The position numbers were made by a program, and so were the translations under genes. From Octopus vulgaris (taxonomy: Eukaryota), in the NCBI GenBank assembly GCA_951406725.2, contig OX597819.1:46996001-47060000 (forward strand): DNA of 64,000 bases, written 5' to 3'. Positions 27,771-41,603 of this stretch are shown here, in pieces; position 1 is the stretch's first letter, and each line of letters begins with the position of its first letter. The notes under the pieces are model-generated. The model was given only the letters and a program-made list of their open reading frames with translations, searched no databases and was not told where the DNA came from.

Positions 27771-28097
27771 TAGAACAAAATTGTTCTCTTCACCTTCTTT
27801 TTTCATTCTGTTTTGTTTTTTTTTTGTCCTGTTTCTATCTAAAAACATCAACTAACATTAAAAGTGTTTGGATCTAAACATAGACAAAATCACACTCTAT
27901 CCTAAACGAAAATCCAGTTCTGAGAATTTAAGTCACAATTTAAAGATTAGGTCAATTTCCTTTCTGCAAGAACGGATTATTTCAGGAAATTTGAAGTGTT
28001 CTCTCTCATAGAATAACTAAATTACTTATATCTTATGTAGCTTTGCTTAAGCTTAAGGGAAGATTAATGGATTTGAGAAACATGTCATGGCTGCCTG

Positions 28098-28103
28098 TCT
28101 TTC

Positions 28104-28159
<56 letters not shown>

Positions 28160-28910
28160 GCTTTCTTTCTTCATCTCGGCTTTCGTTCTTTCCCGTCTTT
28201 TTATATTGATTCTTTCTTCCTTCTTTCTGTTTTCATTTGTCTCCATCCCAAACTTGCACTCTTTTTTCTCTTCCCTTCTCTTTTCTATACATGCCCCCCT
28301 CTCACCATCCCAGTCCCTCTCACACTCTCTCCCTCTCTTTCTCTCCTTATCGCTCCCTCTCGCCCCACCCTCCATTCTCGCCATCTCTCTTCCATTCTAC
28401 TTTTCTCCCTCGCCTTCTTCCTCCTACATTCTCTCCCACGCTCTCCCTCCTTCCCTCTCTCTTTCTCCCTCCCTCTATCACCTTCACCCTCTCTTCTCTC
28501 CTTTCTCTCTCCCTCCTTCTCTCTCTCATGTTGGCTTATTGTTATGTCAGTATGTCAGTTGGTGACGTTATTTCAATGTTGCATACGTCTAAGATATGAG
28601 AGAGATTTAACTGTTTTCTCTTGCAAGTCAAGTGACAACGAAGTGGCTCTCTTCTCCCTCTCTTTCTGCATCTCTCTCCTTCACTCTTCCTTCTTCTCTA
28701 TACTTCCCTCTATCACCCTCCCTCTCTCTACATCTCTTTCCCTCCCCCCCTTTCGTCTTTTCTCCCCCTCCCTTTCGTCTTTTCTCTCCCTCCCTGTCTC
28801 TCTCCCCTTCTATCCTTTTCTCTTTCAAACCATCTCTCTCCTTTTTTTCCTTCCCTCCTTCTACTTCTCTCTTTCTATCTCTCTCCTCCCCTCTTCTCTC
28901 TCTCTCTCCA
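28098..28910. repeat. Polypyrimidine (CT-rich) low-complexity tract
   Basis: Directly visible, interrupted at about 28528-28645 by complex sequence. Confidence 0.9.
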
Positions 28911-29225
28911 TTCATTTACTACGGTTTGTGTCTGTTTATGATGTTGTTCCGGGTGGCGATGGAATGGTCACTAAAATATAATAACAGTCAAGTCCTCAGG
29001 CTGATCGACTGGACAACAGCCCGGCAATGGATAACCTTGCGCCGGCGTCACAAATTATCATTTATTTATCGGGCGATAAAAGGCCCGATATGGTAGAGTA
29101 CCAGAAAAATATGTAAGTACTTCGGATTCTTTAACGCGTGATATCAAATCCCAGTTAGGTCGACTTTAGCCTTCCATATGTTTAACGGTGGCAAAAATAT
29201 AGTATCGGTAGGCATTGTTTTGTAG

Positions 29226-29527
29226 AGGCGCAATGGCCCAGTGGTTAGGGCAGCGGACTCGCGGTCGGAGGATCGCGGTTTCGATTCCCAGACCGGGCGC
29301 TGTGTGTGTTTATTGAGCGAAAACACCTTATGCTCTACGAGGCTCCGGCAGGGGTGGGGGCGACCCATGTTGTACTCTTTCGCCCCCAACTTTCTCTCAC
29401 TCTTTCTTCCTGTTTCTTGAGTAACGCTGCGATGGACTGGCGTCCCGTCCAGCTGGGGAGGGGGAACACATACGCCATAGAAACCGGGAAACCGGACCCA
29501 TGAACCTGGCTGGGTTTGAAAAGGGCG
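29226..29527 (+). mobile_element. Family C tRNA-derived SINE
   Basis: GGCGCAATGGCCCAGTGGTTAGGGC...GTTTCGATTCC tRNA-like head. Confidence 0.9.
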
Positions 29528-29992
29528 AAAAAAAGAAAAACAAGGCATTGTTGCGTGGCTATGATGTTTGCTAACAACTACACGGTTTCAATTTCTGGAC
29601 TGTGCGTTATATTCTTGAACAAAACAACTTTTATTTCACATTATTCTGCAATCACTTCAACATTTGACGTGTGATACACTATGCACCGGTTCAGGAAACG
29701 TCGATTTGATGGGTGGTGGAAAATGAGCTAATGTACATCTCATATTTCGTTTTTGGATTTGGTTTGCAAGATTCTTTATATGAGTTCGTATGTTGAAGCA
29801 TATTCTGTTGTGTCTGGGGAGAGTCATTTTCTTTTTGTGCCTTATAATGTAACGCACTCACCGGTAAAAGTTCCACTTATTTCTTTAGCTTATTTTCCTA
29901 AAATTTTCGTTGCGTCTTGCAACCTTTTCAAGTCTTGATTCTGTCCGTTATTTACACTGCGTTCCTTTTTGTTTGTGCGCATGTGTATTGGT

Positions 29993-30030
<38 letters not shown>

Positions 30031-30149
30031 CTATGCATGCATGTACGTATGTGTCTCCTTTTTTCAGGAAGATCTTGATGTATTGGTGAATAGTCAACGG
30101 CACTAGAGAGCATTAAGATTAAAGCTGTAGTTGTGAAAAAGTCTTGTGA

Positions 30150-31031
30150 CATGGAGGACTGGAAGTCATCTGAATATTGGAAAAGAGATACCTGTCTCAT
30201 GATGATTCGCGCCGGGTGTCAAAATGCCGACATCATGAAAATTGTCCGTGAGAACTGTAAAGACTGCATGACGTGCCATGGACAGCCGCAACTTAGACTA
30301 CGAAGTCGTGGCCAGCAGGAAGAGACACAATTTGAGCAGGACAAATGTGGTTTTTCATTCCTGCTCAGGACCTACACACTTTTGCACAGACGTGGAAGCG
30401 ATGGGTGCCTCTTACACTATGTGTGTAGAGAGCTTACCACCCACGCTAATACATCGATGTGTTCCATCAAATAATTTTTCATTTAATGCTTTGCTTTTTT
30501 TCGGCCACGGCAAGCCGTAAAGAGTAATGACCCCTTCGGTCATGAATGACCATGGGTTTGCACCTAGAAAGTTCCCCTCCGAGGCACAAGTCCGGGCAAG
30601 GTTATTGATGGAGGATCAGCAATCGCCAACACATACCAGCCTCCCCTCGCTATGCCACCGATGTTATCCAAGGGAAAGGCAAAAGCTGATAAAGCTTGAC
30701 ACCAGTGACGTCGTAACTCATTTCTACAGCTGAGTGAACTGGAGCAAGAACACAACACACAGCCCAGCCCATGAATCGAACTCACTACTTGATGATTGTG
30801 AGACCGACGTTCTAACCACTGAGCCATGCGTCGTAGTATGCAATATATAATGGAGATGTTAATGGACATATTAAAAATCAAGTGCTGCTTCTGCCTGAAC
30901 CATTTTAAAGTGAGGAAAGGACTCCGACAGGACTAATACCACAATTTAAACAACGCATATTTTTACCCAAAAGATAAACTATTCTACATAATTGGATACA
31001 AATAATCGTCAAATTCATCCCGAACACCCTG
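30150..31031 (+). mobile_element. Decayed Tc1/mariner-superfamily element interrupted by a SINE
   Basis: N-terminal HTH-like translation MIRAGCQNADIMK..DYEVVASRKRH; right end CCCGAACACCCTG resembles a CAGGGTG-type TIR. Confidence 0.45.
30500..30831 (-). mobile_element. tRNA-derived SINE (family C-related head, different tail)
   Basis: Reverse complement GCATGGCTCAGTGGTTAGAACG...GAGTTCGATTC; core CTCCAGTTCACTCAGCTG. Confidence 0.85.
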
Positions 31032-31047
31032 TGATTATCATTTCAAA

Positions 31048-31563
31048 GGTGGAGAGCAAGCAAAATCGTTAGCCCGCCAAACAAAACGCTTAGCAGGATT
31101 TATTCCAGCTCCTTACGTTCTGCGTTCAAATTCCACTGAGGCCGAATTTGCTTTTCATCCTCTCAAGGTCGCTAAAAATAAGTACTAATCAATTACTGGG
31201 GTCTATTTAATCGACTTGCCCCTTTCCTTCCCACTTCTGTCCTTTTGCCTGTATTTCAAAGAATTATAACTATTATTACACACACACACACATTATACAC
31301 TCACTAAGATCAATTAAGTGGAAGCGCGTGGTTTAGTGGTTAGGGTGTCAGCATCATGATCGTAAGATTGTGGTTTCGATTCCAGGACCGGGCGACGCGT
31401 TGTATTCTTGAGCAAAACACTTCATTTCACGTTGCTCCAGTCCACTCAGCTGGCAAAAATGAGTAACGCTGCGATGGACTGGCTTCCCGTCCAGCTGGGG
31501 AACACATACGCCATAGAAACCAGAAAACCGGACCCACGAACCTGGTTAGGCTTTAAAAAGCGC
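31048..31563 (+). mobile_element. Decayed family B SINE (31048-31265) and a family C-related SINE (31320-31563)
   Basis: Shared head, core and tail motifs with other copies. Confidence 0.85.
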
Positions 31564-31842
31564 ATTTATATTTCTTTTAAGATCAATTAAAATGATTACT
31601 GCCCATTCTCTCCAAATTAATAGCTTAACACCAAAGTCAAAAATTCTTACATAATCTTCAAATAGTTCTTCTTAGTTTACTTTTCTCTGTTTGAATGGTA
31701 AGTCTGTCTTATAAGAACTTGAATACAAACTGTTTACAAGTTTGATTTTACGTTTACATCATTTTGTGTTTCATTTTCAACTGCGTTTTCTTTTCAAATG
31801 TCTGTGTAAACAGCCTTGTAAAGAATGAGCCATATATGTACA

Positions 31843-31892
<50 letters not shown>

Positions 31893-31896
<4 letters not shown>

Positions 31897-32186
31897 CGTG
31901 ATCACCGAGACCGACCAGGCTATCAGATGATGCTACACATCGCTTTTCACAATGCGCTTCATATTGCTTTAGCCTTCAAATGACGCCACCCCACTGGCTA
32001 AGCGAGCAGGCCAACAGAAGAAAGAGTGAGAGAAAGTTGTGGCGAAAGAGTACAGCAGGGACCACCACCACCCCCTGCCGGAGCATCGTGCAGCTTTAGT
32101 TGTTTTCGCTCAATAAACACTCACAACGCCTGGTCTGGGAATGGAAACCGCGATCCTACAACCGCGAGACCGCTGCCATTGCGCCT

Positions 32187-32188
<2 letters not shown>
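31893..32188 (-). mobile_element. Family C SINE
   Basis: GTGAGAGAAAGTTGTGGCGAAAGAG body and CCATTGCGCCTCC head. Confidence 0.85.
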
Positions 32189-32272
<84 letters not shown>

Positions 32273-32313
32273 TTAAAAAAGGAGATGTGGAACACGAGTT
32301 GTGATATATAAAA

Positions 32314-32604
32314 AAAGGAAATGAAGAAAATGTTGACAAAATAATTTAAGTAAGGGAGAGTGTATTTAATTAGGTGAAAGTTCTTTTTACCGGTTACGCA
32401 TTTGTTATGTTTATCAAAAGATATTTTTAAGAGAGATAGAGTTCCTTTCTGATAAGAGAAAAAAATCTATCAGAAAGGAACTCTATCTCTCTTAAAAATA
32501 TCTTTTGATAAGCATAACAAATGCGCAACCGGTAAAAAGAACTTTCACCTAATTAAATACACTCTCCCTTACTTAAATTATTTTGTCAGCATTTTCTTCA
32601 TTTC

Positions 32605-32608
<4 letters not shown>
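32314..32608. repeat. Near-perfect palindrome (141-bp arms, 13-nt loop) with a decayed hammerhead motif in each arm
   Basis: 32314-32454 versus 32468-32608, three mismatches by eye; TA runs on both sides. Confidence 0.95.
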
Positions 32609-32664
<56 letters not shown>

Positions 32665-32889
32665 TTATATATGTATATACATACGTGTATATATGTATAT
32701 GTACGTATAAATATATATATATATGTACATGTATATGTATACATATCTATATATATATGCATATATATATTTATATATGTATGTGTGTGTATGTATATAT
32801 ATATTTATATATATCCATATATATACATACGTATATATATATATATATATATATACAAACTTATATACATATATACGTGTGTGTATATA

Positions 32890-33101
32890 TTCTTTTATCC
32901 TTTTATTTGTTTCAGTCATTTGACTGCGTCCATGCTGGAGCACCGCCTTTAGTCGAACAAATCGACCCCAGGACTTATTCTTTGTAAGCCTAGTACTTAT
33001 TCTATCGGTCTCTTTTGCCGAACTGCTAAGTTATTGGGACGTAAACACACCAGCCTCGGTTGACAAGCGATGGTGAGGGAGACAATCAGACACACAATCA
33101 T

Positions 33102-33162
<61 letters not shown>

Positions 33163-33811
33163 GCAATAAGAAAATGTATGTATATATAAATGCTATACAT
33201 GTATGTATATTGTTATAATGGTTTTTAAAAATATATATAAATAGACATAATATAATGTCTAAAAGTTGATGAATACCACCTCTTGATCACCTCCATGTTC
33301 CTATTGCTGTATAAATTAAGGGGAAAAAAACGTTTTTACCCTCAACCATTTATTACATTAATAGTGTAATTGCCATGCAAAAAACAAATACTTGTATATT
33401 AATAATTGGATTTTCTACCAGCAGTATATTGGATAGATATTATCCCTTAGTTGGTTGGATTAACAACCTCTAACTTTTTTGGAATTATATATATATACAT
33501 ATATATAGGCTTCTTGCAGTTTCCGTCTACCAAACCCACTCAGAAGGCTTTGGTTGGCCCGTGGATATATTAGAAGACACTTGCGCAAGCAGCCAGAGAG
33601 TGGGACTGAACTAGGAACCATATAGATATAAACATCTACATATATAGGCGCAGGAGTGGCTGTGTGGTAAGTAGCATACTTACCAACCACATGGTTCCGG
33701 GTTCAGTCCCACTGCGTGGCATCTTGGGTAGGTGTCTTCTGCTATAGCCCCGGGCCGACCAATGCCTTGTGAGTGGATTTGGTAGACGGAAACTGAAAGA
33801 AGCCTGTCGTA

Positions 33812-33854
<43 letters not shown>

Positions 33855-34552
33855 TTGTGTGTCTGTGTTTGTCTCCCTAGCATTGCTTGACAACCGATGC
33901 TGGTGTGTTTTTCGTCCCCGTCACTTAGCGGTTCGGCAAAAGAGACCGATAGAATAAGTACTGGGCTTACAAAGAATAAGTCCCGGGGTCGATTTACTCG
34001 ACTAAAGGCGGTGCTCCAGCATGGCCGTAGTCAAATGACTGAAACAAGTAAAAGAGTAAAAGGGTGAGAGTATATGTACATATGTGTGCGTGTTTGTGTG
34101 CATGCGTGCGAGCGAGCGTGCATGTATATGGGTATACTCTCTCTTTACTCTTTTACTTGTTTCAGTCATTTGACTGCGGCCATGCTGGAGCACCGCCTTT
34201 AGTCGTACATATCGACCCCGGTACTTATTATTTGTAAGCCCAGTACTTAATCTATTGGTCTCTTTTGCCGAACCGCTAAGTGACGGGAACGTAAACACAC
34301 CAGCATCGGTTGTCACGCAATGCTAGGAAGACAAACACAGACACACAAACATACACACACACACATATATATATATATATACATATATACGACAGGCTTC
34401 TTTCAGTTTCCGTCTACCAAATCCACTCACAAGGCATTGGTCGGCCCGAGGCTATAGCAGAAGACACTTGCTCAAGATGCCACGCAGTGGGACTGAACCC
34501 GGAACCATGTGGTTGGTAAACAAGCTACTTACCACACAGCCACTCCTGCGCC
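32890..34552. mobile_element. Cluster of family A SINEs: 32890-33075(-), 33508-33620(-), 33647-34062(+), 34140-34552(-)
   Basis: Head and tail motifs; the last two copies are full length and tail-to-tail. Confidence 0.93.
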
Positions 34553-34795
34553 TACGTATACACACACATGTGTGTATACGTACACACATGTATACTTACA
34601 TGTTTGTGCGATGTAAATGTGTATATCTATAAACAAAAAGTTATGTATATTCGGCTGTTCAAGTATATGTATATATCTAAAAGTGCCTACATACCTTTAC
34701 ATAGCTGCAGACACACAAGTATGTGGATATACGCTCCTGAATACGCGCAAGCACAGCAAGGTATACATATGCATACACAAATACATCTACATATT

Positions 34796-34857
<62 letters not shown>

Positions 34858-34964
34858 CATACATACATACATACATACATACATACATACATACAAACAT
34901 ATATGTACATACATATGTGTATATATATATATATTTATATATATACATATATATATTTATATAT

Positions 34965-35045
<81 letters not shown>

Positions 35046-35149
35046 TATATATATACATATATCTTCACATCCTTGACGTCTGCTTTGTATGTGTTCTAAT
35101 GTGTGCGTGGTTTGGTGATACCTGTGTGTATGTGTGTATGTGTGCGCGC

Positions 35150-35196
<47 letters not shown>

Positions 35197-35294
35197 TATT
35201 TGTTATCTGTATTACGATGTTATGTTGTGTTGCGTGCTTGGTGTGCTGCATACATACATACATACATACATACATACATACATACATACATACA

Positions 35295-35326
<32 letters not shown>

Positions 35327-35807
35327 GTAAAGTTTCCCCTACAGCGATATATTAATAATGAATCAATAACCAGACAATTTTTTTTTTACACTTTTCACTC
35401 TCATAGAGTTCCTTGGTAGAGTTTCTCAGTGGAATCTAGGAACACGAAAACTACTTAAATAAACAACTAACGCCTATGACTAAATACATATGTAAACAAC
35501 TAAATAACGGAATATATAGATAATGTAATATAATAAATGACGTATAATCTAATAAAATATACTACACGGTTTAATATATATTATATTATATTGATATTAT
35601 ATTATATTATATTATTATTATATTATATAATTTTAAGTATGAAATGTCGTGCCAAGGATAGAAAGTAGGAGCTAATCATGATAGGAGAGCTATCCGGTCA
35701 TTAAGTATAGGTGAAGAAATATACCACACCATGAGCCGAACCTTGGTTGTAACTATGGGAATGAATGAACTTCGTTTAAGTTCATTAATATATTCGGTGA
35801 TTGTGTG

Positions 35808-36297
35808 GCAGCGAGTTGGCGGAGTCCTAAGCACGCCAGATAAAAAAAAGAACGCTAGGCGGCATTTTGTTCGAATTTGCGGTCCGACTTCAAATTCCCC
35901 CGAAGTCGACTCTACCTTTTTTGGAAGTCGATAAAATAAGTACCAGTCGAATACTAGGGATGATATACTCCACTAGGACCCGTCCCCAAAATTTCAGGCC
36001 TTGTGCTTAGAGTAGGAAGGAATATCTTCGGTAACTGCAAGCGTGCCGCGGCTATTTCTATGACACAACGGCGAGCTGGCAGAAACGTTAGCACGCCGGG
36101 CGAAATGCGTAGCCGTATTTCGTCTGTCGTTACGTTCTGAGTTCAAATTCCGCCGAGGTCCACATTGCCTTTCATCCTTTCGGGGTCGATAAATAAAGTA
36201 CCAGTTTCCCACTGGGGTCGATGTAATCGACTTAAACCCTTTGTCTGTCCTTGTTTGTCCCCTCTGTGTGTAGCCACTTGTGGGCAGTAAAGAAATA
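35808..36297 (+). mobile_element. Two family B SINEs (35808-36020 old; 36070-36297 young monomer with tail A)
   Basis: Head and core motifs. Confidence 0.88.
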
Positions 36298-36783
36298 TAT
36301 TTCTATGTCACATGTTGAATCAATACGATATCTTCTAGATGATGGTTCGCCCTTGATAGAAATTTCAACCAGTAATCTCTAAAATTTACTCTCTTTCCTA
36401 TAAAAGGTGAGATGGTCACGGCTGGAACATTTTTGATTACAGGACGGTTTATGGACGCTAATCTGGAAAAATAACAGCGTTATCAGCATCCATAACAACG
36501 ACAACTACGATGACGTCATCGCTGACGTCGTCGCTGTCATCGTCTTCATCAGCCACATGGATTAAATACTGAATATTTGATTTTAAGAAATGGGAGACAA
36601 TTATTACTATGCAAGCATGGCTACGTGTTTAAGACGCTTGCTTCCCAGCCATGTCATCTTGTGTTCAATCCCACTGCATGGAATCTTGGACAAGTGTCTT
36701 CTGCTATAGCCCCGGGCTAACAAATGTCTTGCGCGTGGATCTGGTAGATGGAAACAGAAAGAAACCCGCCGTTCACATATGTA

Positions 36784-37941
36784 CGTGATGCATTGCAGAA
36801 GTTCTGAGACTTTTTACAGGAGAGATATTGATTTCAAAGAAGTGCAAAATTCTAATCTCCTTCGAAGTAGGATCCTCTGATTTCAATGCATTTCTTGTAG
36901 CGCTCCAGCTAATTTGAGCTACTTTGTGAAGGCTCTATGCAAGTCTTCCGAAGTGAAGATATCAAGGATCCTTGTCACAGCCCCCTACATCTACTCTTTC
37001 AGCTTCAGGATCAACCAAAAGTCACAGGGAGCAAGGTCTGGCCTGTAGGGCTGATAAGGTATAGTTTTGATGCCCATTTCTGTCTAGTAGTTTATTACCA
37101 GGAAGGAATTGTGGGCTGGTGCATTGTCCTAGTGCATTGTCCTGGTGCAGCTGCTTCGGCTTTTTGCAATGAAATCTTTTGCTGAAATCCCTCAAAACTT
37201 CTACAAAGTACTCTTTGTCGACCGTCTGGCCAGACGAAACCCGTGAATGTAGATGAAGTTCTTGCTGTCGAAAAATGGGACCATCATAAGCTTTTCAGTA
37301 GACTTGCTCTATCTTGACTTTTGTGCCAGTGAAAATCAGATGCTCAATTCATCCAAGTTAGCCTATAAACAGTCTGGGGCATTTCGCAAGTTTCTGTAAC
37401 GTTTTTGCCCAATTTAACACAAAATTTTATTGCAAAGCGAGCTTCCTAATTTTCTTCACATCCTGATTGCATCCTGCAAACTAATTAGCAGCGACAAGAA
37501 TTGTTTAGTAGAATGTGTTCAAAATGCTATCACAGCTGTCTCATTCAATCTAGAATAACAGAAGTTGGCAGGTCAGCTTATAAGATGTACAGTAATACCT
37601 CGGCTATCGCGAGTGTTACGTTCCAAAAAAACCCGCAATAGGTGAAAATCCGCGAAGTAGATATAGTACTGTTACTGTATATTTTTTTTATATTTTCATA
37701 AATTTTGTAATTTTATAATTTTTATAATTTTATAATTTTTATAATTTTTATTATTCATTTTATTATAAATGCAAAACAATACCACAGAGGAATTGACGTA
37801 AGCTAAAATAATAAACCGCGATAGGTGAACCGCGATATGGCGAGGAACTACTGTATAGTAATGATATACTAAAATCAGAATAATCTACAACAGTTATTAC
37901 TGCTTCTAAAAAAAGTGTCTCTCAGGTTCTACGATGCCAAC

Positions 37942-37942
<1 letters not shown>
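36784..37942 (-). mobile_element. Decayed mariner transposon
   Basis: Minus-strand PYQPYRPDLAPCDFWL and LERYKKCIEIRGSYFEG; imperfect TIRs CGTGATGCATTGCAGAA / TTCTACGATGCCAACG; TA flanks. Confidence 0.85.
37590..37853. mobile_element. Tigger/pogo-like MITE
   Basis: TA-CAGTAATACCTCG...CGAGGAACTACTG-TA; subterminal CCGCGATA motifs. Confidence 0.85.
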
Positions 37943-37982
<40 letters not shown>

Positions 37983-38292
37983 TGTGTGTATATGTTTTTG
38001 TCAGTTTTTGTCTGTCTGTTTGTCTTGTCTATGTTTGCGTTTGTACCTTACCGCCGCTTGTCAATGGTGTGGGTTTGTCTACATCCCCGTAGACCAGAAG
38101 TTCGACAAAAGAGGTCAATAGAATAAGTACAAGGCTTTAAAAAATTGGGGTCGACTTTTTCGATCATGCCCCCACATGGTCGCGGTCCTTTGACTGACAC
38201 AAGTGATGGGTAAATTTTGATTTCTTAAAATTACTTCTGACTGAGGTGAGTTTTGTGAAATTTAATTAATTGGGAATAAATTGGGAGTTCTT

Positions 38293-38391
<99 letters not shown>

Positions 38392-38445
38392 AATCTATCA
38401 ATCTATCTATCTATCTCCCTATCTATCTCTTTCTCTCGGTCTATC

Positions 38446-38527
<82 letters not shown>

Positions 38528-38973
38528 TGCGTGTGCGCTGAGAAAACGAAGTAAATTTTCTTGATAAGCCGGCAATAACCAATCGAAGCTAGCAGAGTTG
38601 TTTTCATATCCGTCCTGCAAAGGGAGAATGGGAGATCGAGGGACAGAGAGGGGAAGGGAGAAGTATAAGGGGAGAGAGAGTGAGAGTGGGGCCATTTTAT
38701 CAACTAATGCACTCCAACAGCAGACGTACTGGTGTACATGAATTAAATCGGTACCTGTTCCTCAAATTATTTTCATAAGCAACTCGCTCTTGAAAAGTCG
38801 GCAATAATCAACCGAAATTCGTTGTGTTATTCTCGAGGTTCGTCCAACAGGGAGAAAATAATTTAGTTCTTAACTGATACACTCTGCAAGCGAACGTACT
38901 GGTCTGTAAATGCATATAAGGGGTGCCTGTTACTCGTAGCATTTCCATAAGCAGCTGGAAACTGCTTATTCTT

Positions 38974-39056
<83 letters not shown>

Positions 39057-39072
39057 CTTTCACCTTCTTTCT

Positions 39073-40026
39073 TATTTCTTTACTACCCACAAGGGGCTAC
39101 ACACAGAGGGGACAAACAAAGACAGACAAACGGATTAAGTCGATTATATCGACCCTGAAAGGATGAAAGGCAAAGTCGACCTCGACGGAATTTGAACTCA
39201 GAACGTAGCGGCAGACGAAATACCACTAAGCATTTCGCCCGGCGTGCTAACGTTTCTCATTTCTTTATTGCCCACAAGGGTCTAAACATAGAGGAGACAA
39301 ATAAGGACAGACAAGCAGATTAAGTCGATTATATCGACCCCAGTGCTTAATTTATCAACTCCGAAAGGATGAAAGGCAAAGTCAACCTCGGCGGAATTTG
39401 AACTCAGAACGTAGCGGCAGACGAAATACCTATTTCTTTACTACCCACAAGGGGCTAAACACAGAGAGGACAAACAAGGACAGACAAACGGATTAAGTCG
39501 ATTATATCGACCCCAGTGCGTAACGGGTACTTAATTTATCGACTCCGAAAGGATGAAAGGCAAAGTCGACCTCGGCGGAATTTGAACTCAGAACGTAGCG
39601 GCAGATGAAATACCTATTTCTTTACTACCCACAAGGGGCTAAACAAAGAGGGGACAAACAAGGACAGACAAACGGATTAAGTCGATTATATCGACCCCAG
39701 TGCGTAACTGGTACTTATTTAATCGACCCCGAAAGGATGAAAGGCAAAGTCAACCTCGGCGGAATTTGAACTCAGAACGTAGCGGCAGATGAAATACCTA
39801 TATCTTTATTGCTCACAAGGGGCTAAACATAGAGGGGACAAACAAGGACAGACATAGGCATTAAGTCGATTACATCGACCCCAGTGTGTAACTGGTACTT
39901 AATTTATCGACTCCGAAAGGATGAAAGGTAAAGTCGACCTCGGCGGAATTTGAACTCAGAACATAACGACAGACGAAATACGGCTACGCATTTCGCCCGG
40001 CGTGCTAACGTTTCTGCCAGCTCGCC
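39073..40026 (-). mobile_element. Family B SINE multimer (five units)
   Basis: Repeated TATTTCTTTACTACCCACAAGGGGCT...GAAAGGATGAAAGGCAAAGTCGACC units; full head at the right end. Confidence 0.93.
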
Positions 40027-40122
40027 GTTGTCCCTCCCTGTAGGATGATTCCGAGAACAACTCAGCGTCTAGTCAGTCTATTCATTTCAGAAAGAAAGAG
40101 CGAAAGAGACAGACAGACAGTC

Positions 40123-40238
<116 letters not shown>

Positions 40239-40736
40239 AGAGACAGGAACAGAGAGAGAGAAAGAGAGGGAGTGAGAGAAAAACCTGTGGTTTAACTACA
40301 AGTTTTATTTCCAAAGCGAAACTGAATATGTATTTATTAAACGTTACTTTATGAACTTGTTCAATATTTATCAACTTTTATAGAAATCATCTCAGTCGGA
40401 AGAAATCTGAAGAAATCAGAAATTTCCTAATTTTATTCATCTTTTTATTTTCTTATTTTTTCTTTTTTTATCCATTTCATTTTATTTTTGTCTTACCTAT
40501 TTCGCTTTCTTTATTTTTCTTCTGTTTCATTCATTCCGTTTACTTTTAGTTCTATGCACCTTTCCTTCCGTCTCTTTTCTTCTTTCTTACTCTCTTTCGT
40601 TCTCTTTTTTATTCTCTCTATTCTTCCCATTTGTCCTTTATTTCCTTCTTTCATTCTCCTCACCTTTTTTCTGAGTTTGTTTTAAACATATATATATACA
40701 TACATACATACATACATACATACATACATACATACA

Positions 40737-40770
<34 letters not shown>

Positions 40771-40896
40771 AATTTTATAATTATGCTTATAATTATGAAA
40801 TTTTTGTATAAGTTTACCGATAATGATTATTTTAACATACAGAACTACTTGGTAAAATTATTAATTATTAATTTTACCCTATATTATTATCGATTA

Positions 40897-40949
<53 letters not shown>

Positions 40950-41001
40950 CTGTGTCAGTTAGAGGTTGAGAAACCAACTAAGGGATAGTCCTTTATTTGC
41001 A

Positions 41002-41064
<63 letters not shown>

Positions 41065-41067
41065 TTA

Positions 41068-41229
41068 GGCGCAGCGTGGCTGTGTGGTAAGAACCTTGCT
41101 TCCGAACCACATGGTTCTGGATTCAGTCCTACTGCGTAGCACCTTGGGCAAGTGTCTTCTGCTATAGCCTCGGACCGACCAAGGCCTTGTGAATGTATTT
41201 GGTAGACAGAAACTGAAAGAAGCCCGTCG

Positions 41230-41268
<39 letters not shown>

Positions 41269-41467
41269 GTCTTTATTCTTCTCCCGCCATCGTTTGACAA
41301 CCGATGTCGGTGTGTTTACGTCTCCGTAACTTAGCGGTACATCAAAAAAGACTGATACAATAAGTACTAAGTCTACAAAGAATAAGTCCTGGAGTCGACT
41401 TGTTCGACTAAAGACAGTGTTCCAGCATGACCGCATTCAAATGACTGAAACAAGTAAAAGAAAAGAA
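41068..41467 (+). mobile_element. Family A SINE
   Basis: Head to tail. Confidence 0.9.
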
Positions 41468-41514
41468 TACACACACACACACATACACTTATGGATATAT
41501 ATACATACATCCAT

Positions 41515-41603
<89 letters not shown>

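Larger units (their letters stand above)
36612..38205 (+). mobile_element. Family A SINE split by a mariner insertion
   Basis: Head half at 36612-36772, tail half at about 38050-38205. Confidence 0.75.

Noticed and set aside
28043-28981. 312-aa Leu/Ser/Phe-rich ORF
   Set aside because: A stop-poor polypyrimidine tract with no domain.
29226-29300. tRNA gene
   Set aside because: The tRNA-like head continues into a dispersed SINE body, so it is a SINE rather than a functional tRNA.
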